A stretch of DNA of 64,000 bases from a virus (Duplodnaviria; Heunggongvirae; Uroviricota; Caudoviricetes): IMG/VR virus record IMGVR_UViG_3300020152_000001, positions 44,766 through 108,765 of that record, one strand, 5' to 3'. A program made the position numbers and the translations under genes. Under the pieces are notes generated by a model that did no database searches, was not told the origin of the DNA, and was given only the letters and a program-made list of their open reading frames with translations. Below, piece after piece: positions 16,730 through 25,680 of this stretch; position 1 is the stretch's first letter, and every line of letters begins with the position of its first letter.

Positions 16730-19700
16730 TCAATCCTCGTCGTCTGAAAGCGGTCGGGGCACATGGATGTCCAGCTTCCGGCGCTCTCGGGCGTGCGTTC
16801 TGATTTCCTCCAAAGTCGGGACCTCGTAGCAGCGCACCTGCTTGCCTTGGATGCGGCGGTTGACGGTCTCGCCGCCGTGGTCAGCCGAGAGGTAGCGCTG
16901 CACGAGTTTCTTGAGGAACTTGCGGTTGCCAATCTTATGTCGAGCGGCGCCGCCAATGGTCTTCAGGTGATTGTCGTAATGACCTTCGAGCACGGCGGCG
17001 CGGATGAACACCCGCTGCCCCAACGGACTATCACGCGTCTCCGCAAATTCTCCGTCTAGATAGATGCCTTCGAGAGAGGGATTGTCCTTAGGCTCGCAGC
17101 CACCGTCTTCGATCATATTGATGAAGAACTTGTCCCACGGCTCCAGCGACTCCATCGCCTGACTGACGAGCTGATCGGTCATCGGCGGCAGGCGAAGAAT
17201 GTCCCACCCTTCTTTGAATCCGCCGTCGACGATCGGGTCCCAGTTCATCAGCTGGTGGATCATGGCTTCACGGCCGCCGTTGTGCATCTGCTTGTCGATC
17301 GCGGCGAAGAACTTGATGTCACCACGGCGAGCGTCACCGCATTCGATGACGAAGTAGCGGCGTTCATCTTCGAGGCCGGCGGGGACGACCCAAGACTCGT
17401 TAGAGATGAACCCCAGCCGGCAGTAGTTCGAAGTCGGAACGGCATCGACGCCTTTCTGTTCGAACATCATCTCGTCGGAGGTGATGAGGTCCTTCAGAGC
17501 GTTGCCCGCTTGGTGGTCACCAGCCCAGAACGCTTCCTCGCAGACCATGAGAATGATACCCCGCTGGTGGCCGTTGAAGTTGCCAGTGATATGATGCTTC
17601 TGAGCGACCTTGATCGCGTAGGGCCCAAGGCTCTTGCGGACCCAATCGAGTAGCTTCGACTTGCCCGTGCCCTTGAGACCTCGAATAGCGATCGACGAGC
17701 CCAGCTTCTCACCAGGGAATTGGAAGAGCTGAGCCAGCCAAGTCATCAGCCAGCGGTAGTGGAGATCGTTGCCTTGGCAGACGTTGTCGAGCACGTGATT
17801 GTGCAGCAGACCCCAGTCGCCGTGTTTGCCCTTGTAGGGAAAACCGCGCCAGAGATTGTACGTGCCGTCAGGGAGTTTGCTGACATCCGGCTCGAAAGCG
17901 ATGCCGTTTTCGTATGTGCGACGCTCCGGCCATTCCATCCAGAGCTTGGTCGCACGCTCTTGTTTGAAGCCCTTGTCCGCCGGCACCAGGAGCTTTTTGT
18001 TCGACTCCATCGTCTTCCAGCCATCGACTCCTTGAAACTTCGGCGACTGGATCAAAGTTTGTGGCACACGAAGGATTCGAGCATCGCTACCGAGTAGGAC
18101 GATAGCGAATTTCTCGTTCATCGCCTCCATGTGCTTGCGGATGTACGGGTCGTCGTAGACGGCGTCTGAAACATCCTCGTCTTCGCCGCCTTCCTCATCG
18201 TCGGAGGTCTGCGTCTTAGCGGCGGCGATGATCGCGGCTTCGCCTTCGGTGCGCTCGACTTCGATCTCGATTAGGTAGGGATTCAGGTCTTCTTCGCTGA
18301 GGTTGTTCTCGCTAACGACGAGATCGAGAAAGTCAGCTCGATCGAGATCAGCGCAGCTCGCGTGCATGCACTTCGCGACGAAGCCATCAGTGAAGTCGGC
18401 GTCGCCAGCAGAGACGACGAAGAAGCCTTTGTCTTCCGGGTCGTCGGCGTTGGTGTGCGCGGCATCGTTCGGGCACTTGAAGTGTCCACCGGCTCCGTTG
18501 CGGGCGCCTCGATCTTCTCCGTAGTCTCGGAAGAACGACTCCGCGTCGAAGGCCTCAGCCTTCTCCGCGAGGAAGCGCATGATCCAGGGATTGCGGAGTT
18601 CTTTGCCGCCGCCGCTGGGACCATCCAAAGCCTCCGAAACGCGCTCGAATACGCTCTTCTCGTCTTCGGGATCAGGAATGTTGTCGAGGCTCAGCGGCTC
18701 GCCGTCGATGACGCGAACTTCGTACCCCTTCCCGTCCTGCGGGTGACGGGGCGTATACATCAGACGGCTGGGGTCGGTGCAGCTTCGATCGTAAGCAGCG
18801 CCGATGAGTTTAGACACGCCAGCGTAGCGGCGCTTCCAAAGTTCGACGCCTTTGCGAGGATTGGTTGCGACTTCTGCGAAGACAAAAGGCCTGTCCAACA
18901 CAAAGAGCACGCGGAACTTCGGCATCGGCGCGTGGTCGACGGTGATCATGACACCGTCCTTCGTGTGCGTCGTGCCTCGGACCTTGGCGTTCTCCAACAC
19001 CCAAGGCCGATAGAGCTTTTCTTTCTTCAGGTAGCCGAACACTTCTTCGGCCGTGGGCTCGCGATCGGCGCCGATGAATTTTAGCACCGCATCCTTACGC
19101 ACGTCGGTGCTGGGCTTCAGGTGGCTCCAGGTCGTCCACACGATCGCGAACAGACCCAACTCCCTGATACGTGCAACGACGGCTTCCATGTCGTCGCCGG
19201 TATCGAGATCGAGCATTAGCAGGTAGTTCGCCCGCATCGCCTGGGCTTTGCGCTCGCCGGCAATAACCTCGCCTTGGAGAATGCACTTCCCATCCTTGCC
19301 GCCTTGCTCGTGCTCTCCAAGCATGACAACGAGGTCTCGCACGGTGCGGGTCATATTTCGCCACGTCCCCGGCGGCGTCTTAACACCCTTGAGGCTGGCT
19401 CCGACCGTCACCTGGAGATCGAGAATTTGGCTGTTTTGGCGGGTTTCTGACGGGTTCGAACCCGGCACCAGGACTTCGAACCCATAGGCTTCGCCGCAGC
19501 CGCCGATGCGCTCCCAGCCGTTTTGGCCGGCGATCGGCACGAAGTCATCAAGCCGCGCTTGCGGATAAACGCCGCGAACGCAGGCCTTCAGGGCGTCGAC
19601 GCGTTCGGCGTCGCTGCCGTGAACGGGGCCATCCAGCAGCCAGATATTGAAGACACGAGGACCTTGACCGAGGATGAGGCTGGGTTCTGGGAACGAAGTC

Positions 19701-19930
19701 GACGCCTCAGCACAGTCGAATCCCCCGAAGCCAACGATGTTGTCGGACATCGTCGCCATAGAGACCCAAGCGTCGAGGCTCTCTTCGAGCAGCGTCGAGA
19801 TTTCTTCGGGAGTTTGCGCCGTGCGTTCATTGTCATCGCACGAAAACAGAAGCGCGTCGTCGGCGTCTTCTGGTAGACAGTCGAAGAATACGGCGTTGAG
19901 GAATTCTTTGTAGCCGAACTCGGCGGACAT
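16730..19930 (-). CDS. primase-helicase (AEP prim-pol N-terminal domain plus D5/P4-type SF3 helicase)
   Basis: 1066 aa. P-loop IRGLKGTGKSKLLDW with downstream D5-like motifs. The N-terminal region carries acidic catalytic clusters (LMLDLDTGDD). Confidence 0.8.
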   Translation of the reverse strand: MSAEFGYKEFLNAVFFDCLPEDADDALLFSCDDNERTAQTPEEISTLLEESLDAWVSMATMSDNIVGFGGFDCAEASTSFPEPSLILGQGPRVFNIWLLDGPVHGSDAERVDALKACVRGVYPQARLDDFVPIAGQNGWERIGGCGEAYGFEVLVPGSNPSETRQNSQILDLQVTVGASLKGVKTPPGTWRNMTRTVRDLVVMLGEHEQGGKDGKCILQGEVIAGERKAQAMRANYLLMLDLDTGDDMEAVVARIRELGLFAIVWTTWSHLKPSTDVRKDAVLKFIGADREPTAEEVFGYLKKEKLYRPWVLENAKVRGTTHTKDGVMITVDHAPMPKFRVLFVLDRPFVFAEVATNPRKGVELWKRRYAGVSKLIGAAYDRSCTDPSRLMYTPRHPQDGKGYEVRVIDGEPLSLDNIPDPEDEKSVFERVSEALDGPSGGGKELRNPWIMRFLAEKAEAFDAESFFRDYGEDRGARNGAGGHFKCPNDAAHTNADDPEDKGFFVVSAGDADFTDGFVAKCMHASCADLDRADFLDLVVSENNLSEEDLNPYLIEIEVERTEGEAAIIAAAKTQTSDDEEGGEDEDVSDAVYDDPYIRKHMEAMNEKFAIVLLGSDARILRVPQTLIQSPKFQGVDGWKTMESNKKLLVPADKGFKQERATKLWMEWPERRTYENGIAFEPDVSKLPDGTYNLWRGFPYKGKHGDWGLLHNHVLDNVCQGNDLHYRWLMTWLAQLFQFPGEKLGSSIAIRGLKGTGKSKLLDWVRKSLGPYAIKVAQKHHITGNFNGHQRGIILMVCEEAFWAGDHQAGNALKDLITSDEMMFEQKGVDAVPTSNYCRLGFISNESWVVPAGLEDERRYFVIECGDARRGDIKFFAAIDKQMHNGGREAMIHQLMNWDPIVDGGFKEGWDILRLPPMTDQLVSQAMESLEPWDKFFINMIEDGGCEPKDNPSLEGIYLDGEFAETRDSPLGQRVFIRAAVLEGHYDNHLKTIGGAARHKIGNRKFLKKLVQRYLSADHGGETVNRRIQGKQVRCYEVPTLEEIRTHARERRKLDIHVPRPLSDDED

Positions 19931-20166
19931 CAGTCGATCTTTTGGATTCGGACTTTCACGGGCCCGTCCTCGATCACGTTGTAGCCGGTCAGCTTGTCGC
20001 GGAGATGCGGGAGCACGTAGGCCATACGTGCCGCGCCCGCTTCGACAGCCGACCGCGCCGTAACTGTGTGCGTGGTCATGGGGGCGTCGCGATAGAACAG
20101 TTGAAGGGTGAAGCGTTTTTGCCCGTCTTCTTCTTTCACGTCTTTCATGCCGCTTGCCTCTTCCAC
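19930..20166 (-). CDS. hypothetical small protein
   Basis: ATGA coupling with the primase gene. Confidence 0.4.
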   Translation of the reverse strand: MEEASGMKDVKEEDGQKRFTLQLFYRDAPMTTHTVTARSAVEAGAARMAYVLPHLRDKLTGYNVIEDGPVKVRIQKID

Positions 20167-20489
20167 TTCTCCGCCATGAGATAATGCACGCGATCGTAGC
20201 CGACCCAGAAGCGTCGATGCGTTGTTTGATCCTCGACCTCGACGGGGCCGAAGTCGTTCTCTTGTGCGGTGATTTCTGCGATGACGAGGTTCTCGCCGTA
20301 GTCCCGCACTAAGGCCTTGCGGCCTTTGAGGTCCCCGAACTTAGCGTCTCGCAGCTGGACGGCATAGGTTTTGTGGGCGACGAGAACCGTGAGCACAACC
20401 GGGTGTGTGAGTCCCCCTCGGTCAAGCCGATAGACGACCTTCCCTTTTAGGGTTTGGCCTTTGTGGCCGAACTCCACGGTTGCGTTAAT
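20145..20489 (-). CDS. hypothetical protein (start moved)
   Basis: The track start at 20549 is the TTG of a TTGACA box. GTG at 20489 (VINATVEFGHKG) is preceded by gaaagagaaa. Confidence 0.4.
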   Translation of the reverse strand: MNATVEFGHKGQTLKGKVVYRLDRGGLTHPVVLTVLVAHKTYAVQLRDAKFGDLKGRKALVRDYGENLVIAEITAQENDFGPVEVEDQTTHRRFWVGYDRVHYLMAEKWKRQAA

Positions 20490-20574
20490 CACGTCAGTTT
20501 CTCTTTCAGCGGGGTCGCGGACAATAACCGCGACCCCTCCGGATGTCAACTAAACTTACGGCCGGGGAGAAGGG

Positions 20575-20859
20575 TTAGGACTTCTTGGTCACGGCCGTGG
20601 GGACGAAGCCCGCGATGAAGCCAAGGGCGGCGCCCAGCTGGTAGGTCTCGTAGAAACCGAAGAGCCCAGCGAGCTGCCCCAAGGTCGAGGGGAAGAGCAG
20701 GCCCACCAGAAAGCCAATGACGGCGCCGAAGATCGTCTTCACGAGGACGAAGATCGCGAGATAGCCGACAACGGTGCCGAAGACCGCAGCGACCATCGCC
20801 ACGAAGCCGGCGACGGCGGCGGCGATGATTCCAAAAAGAGCGACGATGGCTTTGATCAC
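20575..20859 (-). CDS. polytopic glycine-zipper membrane protein (94 aa)
   Basis: Almost entirely hydrophobic (AIVALFGIIAAAVAGFVAMVAAVFGTVVGYL...). ATGA coupling with the HslV-like gene. Confidence 0.5.
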   Translation of the reverse strand: MIKAIVALFGIIAAAVAGFVAMVAAVFGTVVGYLAIFVLVKTIFGAVIGFLVGLLFPSTLGQLAGLFGFYETYQLGAALGFIAGFVPTAVTKKS

Positions 20860-21335
20860 AGTTTTTCCTTCTCAAGCTGCACGACTCTAATAGAACCGCC
20901 GGTGCGGAGGTCGTGCTCCTTCGCGGCTTCGACGGCCAGTTCTGCGCCGGCGCCGGCGTGCATGGCACCCAACGCAAACTTCGCACCCGAGCCAAGCGCG
21001 TAATACGGCGCGTCGATGTATTCGGCTTCGAAGTCGGGGCCGGCGAAGAGGCCGATGCGGCTGGTTTGCGGATTGACGACGATCGCCTCTGCGAGGTCTT
21101 CGCCGTCGCCGAGTTCGCGGCGCGGATGCGAGTGCGGAGAGAAGTCGTCTCTGACCCAACGCACAAACGCCTCGATGTCGGAGATGCAACCGACGACGCC
21201 AACGAGATAGCGCTTCTCGTCGTTCTCTCCGGCGATCACGTCGAAGACTTTCTGCTTCTGGCCGATGACCGTCGTCTGCGTGGTGACGAGGCTGTCGCCG
21301 GCTAAGACGCCGTCTCTGTAGGCGATGGTACTCAA
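20856..21335 (-). CDS. HslV / proteasome-beta-like Ntn-hydrolase
   Basis: STIAYRDGVLAGDSLVTT aligns to the HslV N-terminus (TTIVSVRRNGHVVIAGDGQ). C-terminal ALGSGAKFALGA resembles GSGGxxA. TTG start overlaps the upstream TGA. Confidence 0.5.
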   Translation of the reverse strand: MSTIAYRDGVLAGDSLVTTQTTVIGQKQKVFDVIAGENDEKRYLVGVVGCISDIEAFVRWVRDDFSPHSHPRRELGDGEDLAEAIVVNPQTSRIGLFAGPDFEAEYIDAPYYALGSGAKFALGAMHAGAGAELAVEAAKEHDLRTGGSIRVVQLEKEKL

Positions 21336-21895
21336 GCGCTGACTCCAGCGTTGATGCCAAGCAAGTCGTCGAACACGTAGAAGACGTGCTCCGGCGGCAT
21401 GTTCTCGTCGACCTTGAGATACCAGTCGAAACCTTCGTCGATGTTCGGGCGCTCGAAATCGGCCCTCATCTTCTCGATGACGGCGTCGGGGATTTCTTTA
21501 CCAGGACGAGACTTCAGGCGGGTGGCGAGAACGTCGTCCTCCACCGACACCCAGATGCAGCCTACGTTGTAGAGCCGCCGGCTCACGCGGTTCGCGATCG
21601 AGGCCCGCTTCTTCGCCGTGAGGTTCGTCTGGTCCCAGATGATGACGCCATGGCCGAAGGCCATCGCCAACGCCATTTGCTCGTTGCAGTGCCGCCGGCC
21701 GGCGTCGGCGAATTGCGAGAAGGCTTCGGTGTAGGTCTTGCCGATCTTCGCGGCCTCGGCTTCGATGTAGTCGTCGGAGCTGATGACCGTGCAGGTGCTT
21801 CCCATCTCTCGAACGTAATTCGCCATGGCGTCGCGTAGCGTCGACTTGCCCGACGCCGGCAAGCCGACGAGAATGATGAGCGTGCGCTTCCTCAC
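21332..21895 (-). CDS. polynucleotide 5'-kinase-like P-loop kinase
   Basis: LIILVGLPASGKSTL...SSDDY closely parallels the T4 Pnk kinase N-terminus (GCPGSGKST...NRDDYR). GTG start overlaps the ligase stop (GTGA). Confidence 0.65.
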   Translation of the reverse strand: MRKRTLIILVGLPASGKSTLRDAMANYVREMGSTCTVISSDDYIEAEAAKIGKTYTEAFSQFADAGRRHCNEQMALAMAFGHGVIIWDQTNLTAKKRASIANRVSRRLYNVGCIWVSVEDDVLATRLKSRPGKEIPDAVIEKMRADFERPNIDEGFDWYLKVDENMPPEHVFYVFDDLLGINAGVSA

Positions 21896-23133
21896 GCGGC
21901 CTCCAGGAATTCTATGAACGACGGCGGGTTCAGGAGCAGCGACTTCGCGTGCTCCCAGTTCTTCGATGTCTGCGCGTGCTTACGCAGGTAATTTAGAATT
22001 GCGTCAGCGGTCGTGACTTTGCCGTCGAAGCACTTGAAAACCAGATGCCGGAGCTGCTGCCAGCGAGGATCAGAAGCAGCGTTCGCTTCCGATGCGATGG
22101 CGAATTCTTTGCGGCCGATCTCCTGAGCACGCAGAGTCTCAACATGGACCTTGGCGTTCAGGTGCTGAATCTCAGTGGCCAAACTCGCGATGTATTCTTC
22201 AACGCGAGCGCGATCTTCCGCAGCAAGAGCCGGCAGCAAGTCGTCGATCTTCTGGTCGAGGAAAAGGGCGGCGACGTTGTGCTCGCGGCCGATCAATTCC
22301 TTGGTCTTGTGCAGCTGCACATACCAGGAGGTCTTGAACTTCAGCATGTGGCCGTCGCGAAGCTGGAGTACGTAGCCCTCCACGCCCTCTGCTTCGTGCA
22401 AGGCCTCGCGGAAGAGTCGTTCGACGGGGACCGTTCCGACTACGGGAATGTCGTAGGAGCGCCCCCAGTTTTCGAGCTGGTCGCGGGGGATGTAGTGGCC
22501 GGTGTAATTCCACCGCGCCGCCAAGAGCACAAGCTGGTCCTCGGGATAGTCGAGGACGATGCGTTGGCGGCGGCTGCACCATTCGAAGATTGGCGTCACG
22601 CCAATGCGGGCGGCGTTTGTCGCAAATTCAACGTAGTTCGGACGCGACGCCACGAACTCTTCGACCGGCAGCGCGACATCAGTGACACCCATCTTCGTGC
22701 CCCAACGGATTCCGCCGGCCACGGGAATCGGCGTGATCATGGAGCCGTCGAGCTTGTCGGCGATCACATGGTCTTCTAACTGCACGAGTTCCAGGCCCGA
22801 GAGACCTTGGTCTTGCCTCTCGCCCTCGTTGAAGAACTTGTGAAAGCGTCGGGCGATGATCTCGCCCGTCGACGTGCGGAAGATGATCCCACGGCACTCT
22901 CGGAGAATCGCGGCGCCGTGATCGTAGTCATAGCGCCGGCCTTGGAATTCGGCATCGTTCGCGAGGACGACCTCGTTGAACACCGGCGGAAACGTCTCCG
23001 GCGTCTGGTAGACGTAATTGATGACGGTGTAGTCGCCTTCCTTCTCGACGACGACAAACTCGTCGCGCCCCTTAATGTGTGGGAGCACGTCGTTGATGCT
23101 TGTGATCGAGGGAAATGGGTAGCCGATCGTCAT
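21892..23133 (-). CDS. RNA ligase, Rnl1-like (motif I KLDGSM)
   Basis: VIADKLDGSM matches the T4 Rnl1 KEDGSL motif I. Start at ATG MTIGYPF (23133). The track extension to 23370 is Arg-rich low complexity. Confidence 0.75.
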   Translation of the reverse strand: MTIGYPFPSITSINDVLPHIKGRDEFVVVEKEGDYTVINYVYQTPETFPPVFNEVVLANDAEFQGRRYDYDHGAAILRECRGIIFRTSTGEIIARRFHKFFNEGERQDQGLSGLELVQLEDHVIADKLDGSMITPIPVAGGIRWGTKMGVTDVALPVEEFVASRPNYVEFATNAARIGVTPIFEWCSRRQRIVLDYPEDQLVLLAARWNYTGHYIPRDQLENWGRSYDIPVVGTVPVERLFREALHEAEGVEGYVLQLRDGHMLKFKTSWYVQLHKTKELIGREHNVAALFLDQKIDDLLPALAAEDRARVEEYIASLATEIQHLNAKVHVETLRAQEIGRKEFAIASEANAASDPRWQQLRHLVFKCFDGKVTTADAILNYLRKHAQTSKNWEHAKSLLLNPPSFIEFLEAA

Positions 23134-23336
23134 CAGTAAAACTGCTGGTAGAAGGAACAGATGGCGTTGTGATGCACGCCGTAGCGATTGATCACGGCGT
23201 CGAAGTCCGCCTTGACGAACGCCGGGGGTTCGCCATTGACGGCTCGAAGCTGGTTCTCGGCGACCATGCCGGAGACTTCCGCGTTCACGCACGCGGCCAT
23301 GCCCACGATATAGGCGGCGGACTGTTCTGGTGTCAT
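23133..23336 (-). CDS. hypothetical small protein (67 aa)
   Basis: Start at MTPEQSAAY. The upstream part of the track ORF is low complexity. Confidence 0.3.
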   Translation of the reverse strand: MTPEQSAAYIVGMAACVNAEVSGMVAENQLRAVNGEPPAFVKADFDAVINRYGVHHNAICSFYQQFY

Positions 23337-23432
23337 GCCAGCGGCACCAAGGCGCCGTTGCACGCGGCAACGATGACGACGATGACGGCTGCGAGAAGCC
23401 CGATGCCGGCGATGATGTTCGTCCGCATCAGA
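23337..23432 (-). CDS. putative 31-aa single-TM peptide
   Basis: MRTNIIAGIGLLAAVIVVIVAACNGALVPLA. Its start overlaps the stop of the phosphatase gene. Below the ORF-track size cutoff. Confidence 0.25.
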
Positions 23433-23949
23433 AGTCTCCGGGTTCGACTTGGCAGCACTTGAGCCCCCGGCGCCGCCACATGGCGACGACGCGGTCGCGA
23501 TCGTCGAAAACGATCTGCGGGTCCCAGCCATCGGCCAGAAGCTCGTCGAGCAGTTCTTCTTTAATGATGTCGTCGGCGCGGTAGTCTTTCGGCGCGCGAA
23601 TGTAGAGCGCATCGTAAGGCACGCCGGTTCGGGGCTCGCCGTCGAAGGCTTCCCATGTGGCCTCGTCGAGCCATTGCTTCGTCAGGTCGACAAACTCGCC
23701 GTCACGTCCCGAGCACAGGACCGTAGCCAGACCCACGGCGCGGGTGGCCAGGATCATGTTGAGGATGGGAGCGATCGGGGCGTCGGAGACACAGCCCTTG
23801 TGGAAGGCGAGGTAGTTCTTCGGCTTGACGGCGATGAACGGGCGACGATGGGAGAGATCGGCGATGGTGCCATCGATGTCGAAGATCGCGCACTTCCGGC
23901 GTGGGAGTGCGTTCACGTCCGACTGTGTAATGGTGCCAAAATCTACCAA
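23428..23949 (-). CDS. HAD-family phosphatase (Pnk 3'-phosphatase-like)
   Basis: AIFDIDGTIADLSHR is the HAD motif I DxDGT (compare T4 Pnk VIFDVDGTLA). Start moved to TTG at 23949 behind gaggggag, because the track start is the TTG inside a TTGACA box. Confidence 0.6.
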   Translation of the reverse strand: MVDFGTITQSDVNALPRRKCAIFDIDGTIADLSHRRPFIAVKPKNYLAFHKGCVSDAPIAPILNMILATRAVGLATVLCSGRDGEFVDLTKQWLDEATWEAFDGEPRTGVPYDALYIRAPKDYRADDIIKEELLDELLADGWDPQIVFDDRDRVVAMWRRRGLKCCQVEPGDF

Positions 23950-24014
23950 TGTGCTCCCCTCGTTAGTGTTCCTGTCGATCGTAAGCCATACTGACGCCCT
24001 TGTCAATCAAAATC

Positions 24015-24644
24015 TCACAGCTGCGAGACCAGGGCGTCCACGGCCGCCGAGGGCTCGATGTAGAGTTCCGTCGATTGCAGCCTCGCGTGGCCGGCGATGT
24101 TCTGCACGTCACGCAGGCTGACGCCCTTACTTTCCTGGGCCAGACGAGCGGCCCTGGTGATGAAGGTTCGGCGCCCAGAGTGCGAACTCGCGCCTTCGAG
24201 ACCGAGCGTGGAATATCGACGCTTGAACCACCACTGCACGCGGTTTGGCGTCAGCCGAGGACCAGCGACGCCGTAGATGACGGCGTCCTGCCGCCCTCGC
24301 GCCGGAGACACGGCGTAGAGATCGCGCAGAGCGGTTTCGAGCATTGGGTGGAGAGGCACGCGGCGTTCGCGTCCCTTCTTGGCGATGTCGCCCGGCACCC
24401 AGATTGATTTGGAAAAGGTGATCTTCCCGGATTCGTCGTCGACGGGGATCAGCTGGCCGATGTTGCCTTCGGGATCGAGAACGTCGTCCCAGTCCAGCCC
24501 CGCGATTTCGGCGGAGCGCAAAGCGGCCTTGAACGAAAGCAGGACCATCGCCCGGTCGCGCTCCGGAGTCTTGCTCTCGGAGACGTAAGCCAGGAATTTA
24601 CCCAGCTGGTTGTCGTTCAGAATTGCCGCCTTCTTCGTTGCCAC
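24015..24644 (-). CDS. minimal tyrosine recombinase (catalytic domain only, 209 aa)
   Basis: C-terminal HSGRRTFITRA...GHARLQSTELYI supplies the R..H-x-x-R...Y catalytic residues. No N-terminal arm-binding domain. Confidence 0.6.
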   Translation of the reverse strand: MATKKAAILNDNQLGKFLAYVSESKTPERDRAMVLLSFKAALRSAEIAGLDWDDVLDPEGNIGQLIPVDDESGKITFSKSIWVPGDIAKKGRERRVPLHPMLETALRDLYAVSPARGRQDAVIYGVAGPRLTPNRVQWWFKRRYSTLGLEGASSHSGRRTFITRAARLAQESKGVSLRDVQNIAGHARLQSTELYIEPSAAVDALVSQL

Positions 24645-24662
24645 TTCGCCTTCCCTTCCTTC

Positions 24663-25070
24663 TCAATGTATCCAGTCGTGCTTCCATTCCTCTTCGCCGA
24701 CTTCGAGAGCGTCGGCCTTGTCTTTCAACTTGCGCCACCACACGAAGCTCTCGTGATAGCGGCGTTCGTTCTCGGCGGCGTCGCCGACTTTGTTGGCCAT
24801 GAGGGCCCAGAAGATGTCGTTCTGGAGATCAGCCAGCAAAACGTGGGCCTCCAGCGCTTCTTCCTCGTCCTCGGCGTAGGCCGACGCGTAGTCCACTCGG
24901 TTCAAGAGCACTGAGGGATCAGGCTCTATGAACTCTTCCATGTCCGCGCCTTCTTCCGGCGCGTAGATCACGCTGATCACGACCGACCATTTCTCCGCGT
25001 TGGACATATCTTGCCCCCAACGTGGGATGGTTTCGTTGACGATCGCTGCCGCTAGGTCTTCAGCTTTCAC
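24663..25070 (-). CDS. hypothetical acidic protein
   Basis: 135 aa, Asp/Glu rich. Confidence 0.45.
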   Translation of the reverse strand: MKAEDLAAAIVNETIPRWGQDMSNAEKWSVVISVIYAPEEGADMEEFIEPDPSVLLNRVDYASAYAEDEEEALEAHVLLADLQNDIFWALMANKVGDAAENERRYHESFVWWRKLKDKADALEVGEEEWKHDWIH

Positions 25071-25275
25071 GGGCTCGCTCTGCGCTTTCCGCTTGCGCGT
25101 ATGGGAGATGAAGGCGGGCCTTGCCGAGTAGCGCTTCGACTTTGCCGTCGTCTCTTCCCACTTGGCGCAGCGCGTCAGCTACAGCTTCGAGCCCTAGTTG
25201 CTTCGCGACGGAGTCCACCTGAGAGCCGAAGCTCCGGCGAAGGTCGTGAAGCTCGCGTTCGACCAGCGAGGTCAA
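25060..25275 (-). CDS. hypothetical small protein
   Basis: 71-aa ORF. Confidence 0.3.
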   Translation of the reverse strand: MTSLVERELHDLRRSFGSQVDSVAKQLGLEAVADALRQVGRDDGKVEALLGKARLHLPYAQAESAERARES

Positions 25276-25638
25276 TCAGGCAACCGCGTAGCGAGTGCCG
25301 TCGACTTTCACCGCAAGCACGGTGTCGAGATCGACGGTGCGGAATGCCTTCCTCTCCGTGTCCCAGACAGCCATGTGATTGGGGTTGTTGGCCTTGCGAG
25401 TAGCCGTCCGAGCTTTCGCAGCGTCGCTGGCAGCGTCGCCGGCCACATGCTTCTTCGCAGCGGCAGGCTGGAACCGCATCACCCGAACGTTGCCGTCTTG
25501 TTTGATGAACTCCACAGCGGCGAAGCGGCCTTGGGCCGAGAGCATCAACCGGCGAACGTTTTCGCGACGGCTTTGGATGGCGACATCGGTGTTAAGCAAT
25601 GCTTTCTCCTCTTTTCTCTTTTCCAGTTTCAGTGTCAT
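25276..25638 (-). CDS. hypothetical protein
   Basis: ATG immediately follows a TTGACA-N17-TTACAG promoter-like element. Confidence 0.45.
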   Translation of the reverse strand: MTLKLEKRKEEKALLNTDVAIQSRRENVRRLMLSAQGRFAAVEFIKQDGNVRVMRFQPAAAKKHVAGDAASDAAKARTATRKANNPNHMAVWDTERKAFRTVDLDTVLAVKVDGTRYAVA

Positions 25639-25680
25639 ACTGTAAGTTAGGCTGACGCCGATGTCAATCAGGAAAGAGGG

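Noticed and set aside
16701-16740. Possible sigma70-like promoter (TTGACA on minus strand at 16731-16736) upstream of 16325-16696
   Set aside because: No convincing -10 at 16-18 nt spacing. The TTGACA here may simply overlap the primase gene stop, so it is left uncalled.
20546-21360. Arg-rich minus-strand ORFs 20546-21202 and 20887-21360
   Set aside because: Alternative frames over the membrane-protein and HslV-like genes. The membrane protein and HslV-like frames have coherent motifs.
24004-24006. ORF-finder starts (shown as M) at 24006, 20549, 26971 and 56886
   Set aside because: These are TTG/GTG codons lying inside TTGACA or TGATAGTG promoter boxes. Starts were moved downstream to codons with SD-like context or the first ATG.
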